NCBI GenBank assembly: GCA_964016885.1
Contig: CAXHJY010000593.1
Coordinates: 124,001-188,000, forward strand
DNA length: 64,000 nt
From: Eledone cirrhosa
Lineage: Eukaryota
Direction of reading: 5' to 3'
The position numbers and the translations under genes were made by a program. Of the stretch, positions 16,760 through 31,180 are shown piece after piece. Numbering within the stretch: the first letter of the stretch is position 1; every line of letters starts with the position of its first letter. The notes beneath the pieces were generated by a model. It saw nothing but the letters and a program-made list of their open reading frames with translations, did not search any database and had not been told where the DNA came from.

Positions 16760-17050
16760 TGCTTTATGTCTAATTTCCATGTTTGCATGGGCTAGACAGG
16801 TTGTCACATTTGAAGCTAGACTATCAGTCTCTCACTCATATGTACCATCTGACATGGTTTCTCTATCACTAGATGCTCTTCCTAACACCAATCACTTTCC
16901 AGCATCTAACAGGTATGTTTTATCATGACACTAACACTACCACTTTACAAGGAGGACTGGGTGATTTTTATCATGACACCAACATTACCACTTTACTGTC
17001 TAGGCTGAGTGAATTTTATTGTGGAATCCACACCACCACATTACAACACA
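16760..17050 (-). mobile_element. RTE 3'UTR fragment with degenerate ~46-48-bp internal repeats
   Basis: gatgctcttcctaacacc and ttgcatggg motifs are shared with the RTE tails. Confidence 0.65.
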
Positions 17051-17329
17051 CACACATTTCACAACAATAACAAGTTGAAATTCATATTTTCAGTCAGTTG
17101 TTCACTGTGCCATAGATGTAGCAAAGTGTATTCCAGGGAGAATGGTATGCACGAAATAATTATCACTGCACACCTATACTATTGCCTACAGATGGGTTTA
17201 AATTAAAAATTAATTTTTCCCCTTTAACCAGTAACATCAGACAAATAAATAAATAAAAATAACCACAAAGTAATACAATAAGAGAACTTTGCTTGGTTCT
17301 CAAAAGTCATTATAGTGACTACAGAGTTA

Positions 17330-19170
17330 ATAATCTCTTCAGAGATTTTAACATAGTAAGAAACCATTATTTATCTTGAGACACTGCCTTGAGTTCTGCA
17401 GCCAAATATTGTATTGTGTTCTATAAAGCATTGTCGTTTGTTCTAGAATGATTCTAACTATTGGTAGAAATTTTATCTATTTCCATTGTCTTGAATTGTT
17501 TTCCTTCCAGCAATTAACATTGTCTTCTATGAAACCTTGTTATTCCAAGGTGACTTTAGCTATTGGTTGCATTTTAATCTAGTTCAATAGTTTTAAATGA
17601 GTTTTCTAACCACTTAACATAAGAGCTACAGAGTCTGCTCATCTAATGTAACTTTAGCAATTGTTGGGAGTTTGATTTCAACTAATATTAACTGCAAGTT
17701 TTAGGCCGGATATATTATTGTAGCTATGAAACCTTATTATTCTAGTGTAGCTTCAGCATCTGGTTATTTATACTTGCCTATTTTATTAAATTCTCAACTA
17801 CATATTATGTTAGTGATGTGTCACAATGTTGCTGTATGACAGTATGTCCTTTCCCCATTCTCAGAGAGGGCTCAGAATTCCCATTCCTCAGGTGCTCCCT
17901 AATCTTTTGTTATTGATAGCTGCTATAATGTCAGTTAAATTTGGCATACTGGAAAAAGAGAATTTTACTGTGTGTCTGTTAAACAGTCTGTGGTATTCAT
18001 GTGTTGGAGAGAAGCAGTTGTGTAAGGCCCTACACAGGTTCCAGGTATGTTGGTCTGGACAAGATTGTTGTGAGATCTCCCATTCTTTCCAATAAGGTTG
18101 GCGTTGGTGTACTGTACACCTGTAGAGCTTTCATTCAGGTTGTTGTTTCTAATATCTCTTTGATCATCATCTGCCGTAGGTGTGTGGGTCACTCCTATCA
18201 TTTGATCCATTTATGATGCCATGTCTCAAGGTATTGTGGTAACGATTTCTACACCTATTTCCTCTATTGTTATTCTTGGTGCCAAACCAACCATTATTAT
18301 GGCTGTTACGACTACTATTACAGTTGATTATGTCACTACTTATTGTGCTGTAGTGGGAGTAACTAATTCTGTTATAGCTGTTACTATACTCACTATTGCT
18401 GTTATTTTTATAGTTCCTACTGTCCATTTTCCTATCATTACCACTGCCACCTGGACCTTCATCCCCACTCACATCATTACCAATATTACTTTCATGGTTA
18501 TTGTTGTAGATGTAGCTAGTATCCCTGTAATTAGAGTTCCTATTGTCGCCCTTTTCACCATCTCTCGTATTACTACCAATGTTATTTTTGTTCTTGTTAT
18601 ATTGTTTACTCCTATTGATATCTTCGCACCCAGTACCATTGTTGGTGTTGTTTCAGTTATGCTTACTAATATTGCTGACCCCAACAATATCGATATTCGA
18701 GTTGGTCAGTCTGTTACTAATTAGGCTGGTCCTATTGTCAGGCTTAGTTTTCTTGTCACTGGTGGTTGTCAGATTGTGATTCCCTGTAACTGGGTACGTG
18801 GAATTGGTTTTAAAGACATTTAAGGCCTTACATCTGTTGAATTCTATAGTTTCAATGTAACCCACCATAGCTACTGCATTGTTATAGTATTTGTCATGCT
18901 GCTTGAATATTTCAGTGTTTTCCGACAGGGCTGATATCTTGTTGGATACACTTATAACAATCTAATTTAGTACTGAGTTAGGGCAGTTGGGATAATTGTT
19001 TACATAATGGAGACCCTCATTCGCCTTAATGGTGTGGTCAGTAAAAACCGGTGTCATATCAAGGAAGTTTGTTGTCCTCTCTGTTATTTCTATCATTACA
19101 TCAAGTCCAAAGTTTCTAAAAAAGTATCTTAGCTTTTTTCATTGTCTTTCTAGTTGGCTTGCATTGATAA
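17330..19170 (-). pseudogene. decayed Penelope-like retroelement ORF (RT C-terminal part and linker)
   Basis: Manual translation gives KKLRYFFRNFGLDVMIEI..NFLDMT..HYVNNYPNCPNSVL..SNKISALSENTEIF..YYNNAVAMVGY (19140-18850) and CFSPTHEYHRLFNRHTVKFSFSSMPNLTDIIAAINNKRL (~18020-17900). Multiple stops. Confidence 0.82.
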
Positions 19171-19621
19171 TTATATGTATATATAATATATTATATAATA
19201 TAGGTGGATTCTCGGTATATATAAATATTGGTTTTCGGAGCTAGTTGAAGAGAATCCATACAGCTCTGGCTGTAAATTACTCACTCAATGATATTATAGG
19301 ATTTGTACAATAGAAATACAAACTTATAACACATAGTTCACACATACATTAATCAGTAAGAAAAACGTGTGGGTAATGATATTTGTACATCTATCATATA
19401 AACTATGGCTGTCAACAGTCTCTCTGCTACTGTCTGATCATGATAGTTTCAACTGCAACTACTATTCACGGTAGTTAAGTAATATCTACAGACATATTTT
19501 CCGTCTTTAAGGGTCTTCATCCTATTTTATAAGCGATCTTTTAGCATCTCCACTCTTTAGCTCTCTTCCTGATTGAGCACTGTTTTCCTTTCTTATACCT
19601 ATGGTTATTTCTACATATGCT

Positions 19622-19657
<36 letters not shown>

Positions 19658-19696
19658 TGCACACACATATAAATATATATACACACACACACATAT

Positions 19697-19759
<63 letters not shown>

Positions 19760-19936
19760 CATATATATAAAGCAGTATAGTTTAGGAAAGGTTCGTGAGA
19801 ACTGAACACCCCGTTTTTCTACATTCATTTGAAAAGAAGTTATTTACCTTGAAATTCCATGAAGAAATATATTGGGTAAAAACACTATTTTGTTTCCACA
19901 TTTTACAGGCTTTCTGAATGCCTTATCATTTATTAC

Positions 19937-19987
<51 letters not shown>

Positions 19988-19994
19988 ATATATA

Positions 19995-20030
<36 letters not shown>

Positions 20031-20842
20031 AAGAAATTACCCATAGAGAAAATATGGTGAATAAAATCCATATTTGTTTATGTATTTATTTTAGACTTGA
20101 TTGGAAGAAGAGGAAATGTTTAATTGCATCTTAAGAGACTTCTATGCAAATGAAAATTACTTTCCTAGAGTTCCAGTAATGAGCGAACATCTTAATTAGA
20201 TCCTAAGAGAGTTTATGGTGAAAACTAAAAATTTTTTTAATGCATCTAAGAATCAAAAGAAAAAAATCTTGATTGTATTATGTAAGGCATATAGGATGAA
20301 AACCCAAGAATAATGAATGGAAATTATTTAATATATTTTCATGCTATTTTAACATAAACATGACGATTCCCTATAATGTAGCTAGATTACATTTGTAACT
20401 GCTAACAAAATTTGAACTCATTCCTATCCTAATAGAACCCTCAAGCTCTTTCATTCAACCATACTAGAATCATTGCCAACTCAATTTACTCGCAGTTCTT
20501 ATTGTTGTTTTTCTTCTTTTCCTCTTGTCCAATTTATTTCCATTTTACATTAATGTTTACCATTAGTTACATTCTTTCAACACTCATTCATCTGCATCTT
20601 TTTCACTATCTATCCATGTACAATGAATTATTATTTCTATTATTATTATTATTATTATTATTTTGTATATATACATATATCATTTGGGGGGGGGGGGTGA
20701 ATGGAGGCTGGTTTACGTTTAGACCTAATATTTATTTTTTCTATATATTCTTCCAGCTTTTCCAAAACCAACGTTTTAAAATATGCTGTATAATAGATTA
20801 ATCTAAGGTAATTTAAAAAAAAAATTGATATCACTTTGCTGA

Positions 20843-20876
<34 letters not shown>

Positions 20877-23800
20877 ATAATTATGATAAAAGAAATTATT
20901 ATTATAATTAAGTAATTGAAGTTGACATAGTAAAGACTGTAAAGTGTCAGATTAAATTCATTACTTTAATTTCATCCTTATCAGTGGCATCTTTCATCAT
21001 TTCAGGATTGAGGAAATTACTATTGGTAATATGCTAAGCATCATTTCATTCAATTATACACTTCTCTAACTAAAATTTTGACCTTATAAGAAATCATTAT
21101 TATTCTTAGTAGATAACTAGCCCTCCCAAGCAGATCTGCTATATTAGAGTATCTTAATCATGTGAAAGTATTGATTTCGAGTGATACAAATGAGAGAAAG
21201 CTTATTTGGTAAGAAAGAACTAAAGAAAGACATTAAAAAACAAACAAAAGGCAACCAACAACTTATAGAATCTTATTATTTAAAAAATAGTTGTCAATAA
21301 AATCTCCTTTCTTGGCATTAAATTCAGTTTTTTTTTTTAAAAAGACCCCTTTTATTTTTGACAAAATAATGTAAAATTGTTCATGAGGAAAGAAATTCTT
21401 TGTTAAGTAGAAACCCATTTTTTTTATTTTACCCTTGGTTTTTGTTTGCTGTCATTGCAAATTTAACTTCACTGAGAATTGCTTCAACTTCATCTATTTG
21501 AGGTTGATTCAAAATGCTATGTGATGAACAGTTTTGTGGTTGCCTGTCCATAATAATAGTATTCACTTTTAACAGAATTTCTCAAAAATTTGATTTTTGT
21601 CCAGTTTACTTGATGCAGGGGCTCTTTTTACTATCAAATGGCTTTGAAACATTTGAACATCTATCCTATTATCCAGAGATAAAAAAGAAGGTTCCCCTAT
21701 AGATATTATCATTGCATTCATATTTTTTTACAAACACCCATTTCTGTTTATTTAATGGTTCAATATGGCCACTTGATGGGTGTCACAAGGAGATGCTAGC
21801 CACAAAGGGGGTTCCAACAAATACACCTAATTTTTTAAAACATAACAATGGCTTAAAAAACAGTTAAGTGAAGAAAAATGACACCGAAACAAACAGTAAT
21901 AAACACAATCTCAATTTAACAAGTGAAAATGCAAACCGATATGACATTAACAAAAGCAATAACAGCAACAGCAAAGCATCTTTTACTTGTGTTGCAAGCC
22001 CAAAGGAATTATTGGATATCTGTCAACTCTAGCTGGGGAACCACTCCCTATAGAATCAAAGATGCTTGCAGGTAAATTCAGAGGAATCAGTTTGTAGAAG
22101 GTGATTTGGGGCAGCATATGGTTGGAGTGATGAAGAGGAGGGGAAAAATTATCCTCTTTTAGTGATGGGTTCTCACCCCTATGTAGGTGGATTACTCTTA
22201 TATTTATAGAATAATGAGAAAAACTCAATGCAAGAATAGCTGTTAACCCTTAGGGCACTAGTAATTTTTTTGAATTGTTTCCCCTGATACTGCATTATTT
22301 TGGCGGTAGCAAAAAATGTAAGCACTCTTTGTTTTTAAATTATTATAACTTTCTTTGTATTTTGCATACAGACTTGATTTTTTCTATGCTAAGTGATGCG
22401 TGAACAATATTTTGACATAATGCATTATGTTTTGTATGTATCTTTTAACATTGATAAACAAATAAAAAACACAAAAACAAAAGATTGCAAGGATGAGCAT
22501 ACCCAATCGGTACATTGCTTTCCAGAGCATCACTATCCTATTCTACTACTTCACCATCAACATCAACTTGCATAAATCCTAAAAATGTATCATCCGAATC
22601 AGAATCCATAAAATTTTCTTTCATAGTAGTCATTTTTAAAAATCAAAACAAACTTCTTCATCTACAACTGTTTACACACATGTGTTGAATGAAGAAAAAT
22701 TAAAACTGGCATTGGAAAATGAATGCTTAGCCTTGTCCTGAATCGAAAGTATACTGTTACCAGTTTAAAATACTGGAAATAACCTTTGACATAATATTTT
22801 TTAACAAAGGGTTTCCAAAGTGACAAAATGCACCTGCAGCTACAGGGAGAGATTACTCTATGGTGCCTGAAGTCGCCAATGACGTGCTCTAGATTAAAAC
22901 AGCAAAATGCCCTCAATGACAGCGTTGGGTAAAAATTACCTCAAAGGACAGAAATCAGTGTTATTTTTCTTCACTTAACTGATTTTTAAAAAAATTAGCG
23001 GGTGTATTTGCTTATATTTGTTTTGTGTACTAAATTTTTAGTCTTAATATATTGTATTATGTTTTTGTCCTACACCCCATCTATTGTGTGTGTGTATATA
23101 CATCCTAACATGATTTGTAACTCCCTCTTAATAGCACATTTTGTATTGTATATACGATTCTTAGTGGCCAATAAAGAAAGGATTATTATCATCATTATTC
23201 ATGGTTCAAATCCCGTCAAGGTTAGCTTTGCTTTTCATCCTTATGGGGTTGATAAAATAAAGTACCATTAACACATTCATATTGATTTAATCAACTTGAT
23301 TGACTCCCCCGCCACCCAATATTGTGCCTAAATCAGAAACTATTATTATTCATGGTGAATTATATTTCAGGTTGAAGCTGTTTTCAGCTTTATCTCTTGT
23401 AATCATACCTTAATATTTTTTTACAGCCTGTTTTGTAATTTCAACTTAGTAATAGGAGTAGAGGAAGATATATCAATCTAATCATTAGTTATTGTAATCC
23501 TGTATGTAACTTCAGCACCTAATTATCTATCCCTCTCATTCCAGGAACACCAGGATATGACATGTTCAACTGTTTCCAAAATTAACTGATCAGATTGGAT
23601 TTGTTAAGTCTGTAATATTGCTACTGATATGGAATGTAATAAACAGCTGTTGGCTTGCTTTTAAAATCAAATTGCATCAGTCATTTTGGCCACCCAGCTT
23701 TAAATGAATGGACATTTCAAAGTCTGCAATAAATGCAGATATTGCTATAATATTAAAGTCTGTAGCCTACAGCTATGCAAGTTTTCACATTAATATGTGA

Positions 23801-24498
23801 AATACATTATTCTAGTTGAGTTGGTATTCTATTAAATTCAGTGTAAATATAACTAGACCCTGTTCAAAATTACATTCAAATGTCATCACTGCCAGTTAGT
23901 GAACTAATTATATATCATTTGTCACATTTTATAATGAACTTTTGTTACAGGCCACATTGGTAAAATCACAACAGGTTAGGAATAAAGGAAAAATCTGTAT
24001 AGTTGCTTGATCTCCTGAAAATAGCAGCAAAATCTGACTCAAAATGACACCCTGCCATCTTAAAAAGGTAGATGCACATTGGATATTGTAGTCCTAATGA
24101 AATGTGTTTAGGAGAAATTCTGTAAGCTAAAATGCATGTTAGTCTAAAAAGGTGTACCTCAAACATGATAATAATGATGTAAAATATTTGAAACACTAGC
24201 ATTCCCCAAATATCCGTGTCAAATTCAAATGTGGATTCTACTCTGCTTAGGTTTCTCACCTCTTCTTTTGTTTATATCCATCTTCAGGTAAATAAAAACA
24301 ATATAAAGAAATAGTACATATATATAATACATATTCAATTTTGTTATTTGCACAGGTTTGAAGCTGTTTGATCATTAGGCTAGGGTAAATTGGTTTATAT
24401 ATATCTTTCAGATTAATTATCACTAGTTTAAGTTTTCTATAACATCTCTCTCTCTCCCTCTCTATGTTTCTCTCTCTCCCTCTCTCTCTTTCTCTCTC

Positions 24499-24532
<34 letters not shown>

Positions 24533-25614
24533 CTGCGGTGCTGACACCAGGGAGACCCCTAATCATGGGTGTACTCAAGGCATGGAGAGATGCAGAGTAG
24601 GTATAGAGATATGTTTGTATATTTATCTCCACTTCCAATTTACTTAGTGTTATATATTATTTGTTGTTTTTGTTTATTTATTTTTACTTAGGTTTCTAAT
24701 ATTTTTTTTTTGTTTGTTTCTTTTCTAATGAAAGGATTGGAAATTTCTATGAAATTGGGTATTTACTTGAATTCATAGAATAAATGTTTTTTTTTTAGTT
24801 GGATTCATTTCTTTGGAGAAGCAAAGATGGTACTCATGTTGATTAAAGTAAATGAGAATAATGTATCTTGCCTAAAGATATAACACAATGTCAGTTGACA
24901 AGATACACAAATTTACACAAGCACTCATACCTATATATACATATGCCAATACTACATACATACTGTATGTTTATATACACATACAGGTATTGTATCTTAT
25001 TCCTAATTAATTATTAATTTTAAAGAATGTCAAATAGATGTAAATATATACATGCATTTTCTATGAGAGAGCATATGTAAGAGAGAGACTCATTTACAAA
25101 TATTGTTGAACTAAGTTTTCTGTTGCATACCAATGGTATCTTCAGATATTGATCCAAGGCTCATGCATAGTTCAGTTTCTTTAATATCATGCCCACTAGC
25201 CTTGAGCTCTTCTAGCTATACCACAGGCTTTCATTAATAAGGTGGGAATAAGTTGTAATCTAAGCTCAAATAAATTCATATTTTATTCACCATCCTCGCG
25301 TAACGTCTATTTTTCCAAGCTAGTTTTAGAATACATTACATGTATAATTTGAATATATATCTAATGGCTATAATAGTCTTCAACTAAGGTAACACAGCAA
25401 GCTAGAAGACATGTTAAAGGATTTTCTATAGTCATTGCCAATTCATACGTTTTCAAAATCAACCTATGCTACTTTATTTATATAAAGTTATCAAATAAAC
25501 TACTTAAGATGCTGGTATTTTAATAATATATATATTTATTTATTTATTCAATGTACTGTGTCGTTTGTTTTCTTATTGCTGTTTATGTGTCTGTGTGTGT
25601 GTATATATATATAT

Positions 25615-25661
<47 letters not shown>

Positions 25662-26029
25662 TTATAGTATTATTCAGTTTCCGTTAGTGTAATCAATTAT
25701 TTTGATTATGTAATTAGAAATTGCAGCCATTTGGGAAATCCTTTTTTTTTCTTTTTTTCTGTTTTCTTTTTCCTTGAATTTTTGTTTGCCTTCTATGTAT
25801 CTTTATATGTGAAAAAGTTCTTAATCCACTTTGAAAATTTGTTGTGTCTACATATGATTTTTTAAGTGGTTGGATTTGATTTAATTTGATTGAAGGAGTC
25901 AAATATTAATGATCCTAGACTAATATGTAACACATAGAAAGGAACACATGTCAGTGTTATGCAATAAATGATATTCCCACTCTTCTCTGTATATGTGTGT
26001 ACATATATATATATATTATATATATATAT

Positions 26030-26062
<33 letters not shown>

Positions 26063-26339
26063 ATATATATATATATATATAGCAACACATTTAAGTTAAT
26101 TTGAGAAAATATATCATACAATAGTATAGGGTCAAGATGTATATAGCATTTACAGTTATATTAATAGCATGACAGAATGATGAACTTCTTGGTGTTATAT
26201 AAATGTAACAGGCCTTAAATGAATATCATTGCAGTGAAAGTTTATAAAAGTAATAGAAATTGTACTGTGAAAAGGTATGTAATATGTTAACCATCTAGTA
26301 AAGAAGTAAAGCATCTAAATGTGTCTCTGCCCAAATACT

Positions 26340-26705
26340 GTCTCAGAAATGGGGGGTTCCTCTGAAGGGTTTTGGGAGTAATGTTGGAGTGCTTAGCTCA
26401 GAGATCAGAGAGTCGCAGCAAGTAGAGCTGCAACTTCTCTGAATTGAAAGATCACAGCTCTGATAATTATGGGCATGTGGTTAGAATGTCTCAAGAAAGA
26501 ATTACTGGACAGATTTTTATGGGCAAGACCCAGGTGTAGATCCCTAGCAAGATGGTGGGATAACATTCATTATCTTGGCTGGTCTCGCTTGGGGATCCAG
26601 CCAGATCAGTTGGAGATGGCTGCTTCTGACAGGACCTGCTGGAAGGAGTGTTTGAGGACTCTGCCCCCAACAATCCTCTCAGGAATAAGTGGGTGAAGAA
26701 GAAGA
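26340..26705 (+). mobile_element. 3' end of an Expander-like RTE (related copies ~35605-35840 and ~49570-49800)
   Basis: YGHVVRM and RWWDNIHYLGWSRLGIQPDQLEMAASDRTCWKECLRTLPP. Confidence 0.75.
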
Positions 26706-27290
26706 TGCTGTTTATATTAAAATTATTAATGTGTATGGTAAGGTCCTGTAACTTTTGATGGAGGCATAGGAATGGCATAGTGACATATGGTGTTTCTTAG
26801 GCATTTTAAACCTGGCAACCCCATCCCCCTCAAGGTCTGAACACAGTAGATTTCTTCCAGAGAAGGATAGAAAGTGAGAGAGATAGGAAGAATGGGTGTG
26901 TGTGCATCTCAATAAATGTCTGAATGTATGCTGTATACTTTGTGACAACATTGTAGTGTAAAGTAGCTTTTTCCGGAAGTATTTTCTGAGAAAAAGAATA
27001 ACATTTAAATGAGCCAATCAACTACACATCTTCAGGGAAATATGAATTCATCAAAAAGCTTTTGACTTTCTGAAGTATTCAGAAAATTAGACATTGTTTC
27101 TTGAAAAAAAAAAAAATTTGTACAAAGTTAAAATTAAAATAAAAATGTCAGTCATAATTTTACTATTCTTCTTCATTGGCTGTCAGCTCTTTTCGATGGT
27201 ACTTTCACAATTTTTATATTGTTGCCACTTTAAAGACTTTTACATGTTGACCAATTTACTATCAGTGTCTATTTTTCCCCAGATGATATT

Positions 27291-27772
27291 TTAATCCTTT
27301 TGGTACCAAGCCACATGAAACCACCCTGGATTTATGATACAAAATTGCTCATTTTAAAATGTTTATCCCTATATTAAAACTTTCCATCATGATTTTATTT
27401 TAGAAAATTTTGTTATGAAATGTTATAATACCAGCTTGCTAATAAAAAAAATTGAGGTATTTTATCAACCCTCTAGTTACCAAGCCAGCTAAAACCAGCT
27501 TTGGTTCTTTGAAATAAAATATCAATTTTAAAGGTTTCCAATTTAAACTGAAATCTTCCAACACAATTTTATATAAGAACCTTAAATTAAGTTACAATCT
27601 TATTAATGAAATAATTGATTTTAGTAAATCCCTTGAAATTCTTCATAAATTAATTAAAATAGTGTTTTTCATTAGAAAGGGTTAAATTCTTCCAAAACTT
27701 TGGTTATTTTCAGAATTAATTGGAATACATAGGCAGTTTATTTCATTAGAAATATGGTCATATAAGGGTGAA
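27291..27772 (+). mobile_element. TTAA-flanked MITE with a same-family copy nested inside (~27467-27685)
   Basis: aaccct...aagggttaa-type ends. Homologous to 61608-61921. Confidence 0.55.
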
Positions 27773-28510
27773 AGATAATTCAATGTGTATTGAGCTTTTA
27801 ATTGATACTAGCTGACCCCATGGAAATTCAATGATTTAATTAGAAACAACCACCAAGTGTTAAAGAGCAATATGACATTTGAAATGTTTTTTTTTATATA
27901 ATTTATACATATATACACACAAATAATACATAATATACTTACATATATAAAACACAAAATATATCAAATAAATTTAACAAATGACTGAAACTACCAAAAT
28001 GGAATAATTTGATCATTTATAATTTGAGGATAAAGAATATTTTTTATAAAAGTAATTCCTCTTTCAACTCCACCTCTCTCTCTCTTCCAACTCCACCTCT
28101 CTCTATCTCTCTCCCTCTCTCTCAGTTTAACAAATGACTGAAACTACTAAAATGGAATATTTTGCTCATTTATAATTTGAGGATAAACAATATTTTTCTT
28201 AAAAGTAACTCCTAGTTTAGTACTCTCTCTCATCTCCCTCTCGTCCCTCCTCCTTCTCTTCCTCCTCCTCTCGTACGTAAATGATGATGACATATATATA
28301 CATACATACACACACACACATGTGTATGTATGTTTGTCTCGGTCTCTTCTCTGCATTCAATGTTGTTACCACAAGCAGGAATTTTTGTTCATGTTCCACA
28401 TAAACAGAGGTTTCACTGCTCAGCAATTAGATATGTGAAGATCTGTACTTTACTTCAAAACACAGGCATCAGGAAGAGCATTTATTCATAGAATTCTGTC
28501 TCAAAACTCT

Positions 28511-28553
<43 letters not shown>

Positions 28554-28804
28554 TATAATAAGGAAATACAAAGTTTAGATGATAAAGTCCTTTATTGATA
28601 AGGCTGTGATGTATATTTTGATGATGACCGTGGCCACGCGATTTGGCGTTTAACCCACTGCCATGCTCTCTTCAGACAGCATCTTACATAATAAGGTTAC
28701 AATCAAGGAGGTAATCCAAAATTGAAGTGACAAGGGAACGGTTAAACATCGATGTTCATGAATCAAATGCCCGAATATATAAATATATGTGTGTATGTGT
28801 GTGT

Positions 28805-28963
28805 GTGTAAATGTGGTTGGTGTTAGGCATCCAGCTGTAAAATCCTCGGCCAAATTTACAGTCTGTCAGAGCAAGGCCAATCCTGACCGAACTTGTCTCT
28901 CAACGCGGACGGCCTGTCTGACCCATGCAAGCATAGAAAAATGGGTGTTAAACGATGATGATG
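28805..28963 (+). mobile_element. RTE 3' tail fragment
   Basis: tggttggtgttaggcatccagctgta...acccatgcaagcat...(gat)n. Confidence 0.75.
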
Positions 28964-29610
28964 ATATATATATATTAGCTATAACATAAATCATGGGAAA
29001 TCTTTTTTAAATATAAATTATATGTAAAACAATTATGAATATGGACTAAGATAGAAAAAGAGAACAGATACTGTCATGGGAGCATATCCATGCACAAACA
29101 GACACACTCACCTAAATGATGAAACATTCTGTTATCAATTATTTACAGGCCAACATTTAATATATAATAATAGTTTATCTCTAAGATATACTACTATTAT
29201 AGAAAAACATAAAAACATGAAATACGGGTGGTTATATATACATGTGTGTGTGTCAGTGGGAATTGTAGAGAGAACTACTGAAAAATTATTACCCATGAAA
29301 TATTTATTAGGATAAATACACAAATAAAACATATTCAGCTGGCAAGTAACATTGCGTTACTATAAACTATTGAACTCTATCTAGCTTGTTAACATCTTTT
29401 TCACTTCATTATGTATTTGCTAGAATTGGACAGTTTGTTCAATTTATCTTTTACACAATGTATGTTTTAAGCAGAACACTAAAATTTATTTATTTATGTA
29501 AATCAGTTACTAGCTATTCTGTGTTGCTAAGATGTTCAACAATAGAAATAAATGCAATTTAAAAGCTCAAAATAAATGATAATACCAATTCAAAAAATTC
29601 TACTTGTATA

Positions 29611-30338
29611 TTACATTTTGAAACAGTTCACATACATCACATTTTGAAACAGTTCATATACACTACATTTTGAAACAGTTCACATACAATACATTTTGAA
29701 ACAGTTCACATACATTACATTTTGAAACAGTTCACATACATTACATTTTGAAACAGTTCACATACATTACATTTTGAAACAATTCACATACATTACATTT
29801 TGAAACAGTTTACATACACTACATTTTGAAACAGTTCACATACAATACATTTTGAAACAGTTCACATACATTACATTTTGAAACAGTTCACATACAATAC
29901 ATTTTGAAACAGTTCACATACATTACATTTTGAAACAGTTCACATACAATACATTTTGAAACAGTTCACATACATTACATTTTGAAACAGTTCACATACA
30001 CTACATTTTGAAACAGTTCACATACAATACATTTTGAAACAGTTCACATACATTACATTTTGAAACAGTTCACATACAATACATTTTGAAACAGTTCACA
30101 TACATTACATTTTGAAACAGTTCACATACATTACATTTTGAAACAGTTCACATACATTACATTTTGAAACAGTTCACATACAATACATTTTGAAACAGTT
30201 CACATACATTACCTTTTGAAACAGTTCACATACAATACATTTTGAAACAGTTCACATACAATACATTTTAAAACAGTTCATATACACTATATTTTGAAAC
30301 AGTTCATATACACTGCATTTTGAAACAGTTTATATACA
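29611..30338. repeat. minisatellite, 28 x 26 bp (HTACATTTTGAAACAGTTCACATACA)
   Basis: An exact 26-bp period from 29611 to 30338, with no spacers. Confidence 0.97.
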
Positions 30339-31115
30339 TTGTATTTCCAATTTCCAATAGAATGATTAGATTCTCAGTCTGAATGGTTATGCAAGAGAAA
30401 ATATGACATTTTGGGCATCTTTACATGGTGTTAATAAATTTGCAAAGTTTGCTTTTTAACAATGGGTACCATGCTTGTTTCAGTCTTTAACAATATTTTA
30501 TTGGTATGTAGCTTTGACACTTGGCTTATTTCAAACTATTTGCAGCTTGCAGTTTCATATTATTTAGGGGTTAGAATTTTAAATATTTGAAGGCTATGGT
30601 TTTAAATTAGAAGGAACCTTATTGATTTGTTCTTGTAAGTTATAGTTCTTTTATGAGTTATAGTTTGTAGGTTTCTTGTTTTCAAATTGTGCTAAGCATG
30701 CAGTAGTTTGTAGGAACTATTTTTTTTTTTTTTTTTTCATTTCAACTGAAGCAGCATTGGCAGTTAAGTCAGGTAGTATTTGTTAATGTTCTCTAGCTGT
30801 CATAACAAACTGTACCATTCTAACAAACCACATTGTTATAAAAATATATAAAATGTATTACTGGAATTATTTACTTATTTGTATTTTTTTGTTTTTTGTT
30901 TTTCTCTATTTATTCCCCCCCCCCCCCCCTCTCCGTTTTGTAACAAGATTGTGCAATGTTCTAGTGAACAGTAACAACAATGTCAGCATTGACAATCAGT
31001 CAATGAAATAGTGTATCTCTGTATTCTGCAGTGACAACATCTATCTTTTCATTCAGCAATTATGCTATATCTTGATTTCTTCAATAACAATTTTATTCAA
31101 CATTAAGGCTGCACA

Positions 31116-31149
<34 letters not shown>

Positions 31150-31180
31150 AAACATTGTAGGATTTAACAGTGATACTCTA

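Noticed and set aside
18221-18724. 167-aa hydrophobic + strand ORF
   Set aside because: It is the antisense shadow of the Asn/Thr-rich Penelope linker.
19139-19141. In-frame TGA in the Penelope-like RT as selenocysteine (as reported for some Naiad elements)
   Set aside because: The same frame also has TAG/TAA stops and frameshifts, and no SECIS was recognised. Decay is the simpler explanation.
19485-19530. Hammerhead-like ATGAAGA...GGAAAatatGTC on the - strand
   Set aside because: C3 is missing and stems I and II do not pair convincingly. At most a decayed remnant.
22243-22935. Possible piggyBac-like element starting ttaaccctt
   Set aside because: No convincing matching right terminus or transposase remnant.
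24200-24295. CTGAAGA-tggat...atcca on the - strand
   Set aside because: No GAAA or stem III in register.
27972-28213. ~88-bp diverged direct repeat split by a CT tract
   Set aside because: An ordinary local duplication with no further structure.
29611-30338. CRISPR-like appearance of the 26-bp array
   Set aside because: The units are contiguous with no unique spacers, there are no cas genes, and the context is eukaryotic.
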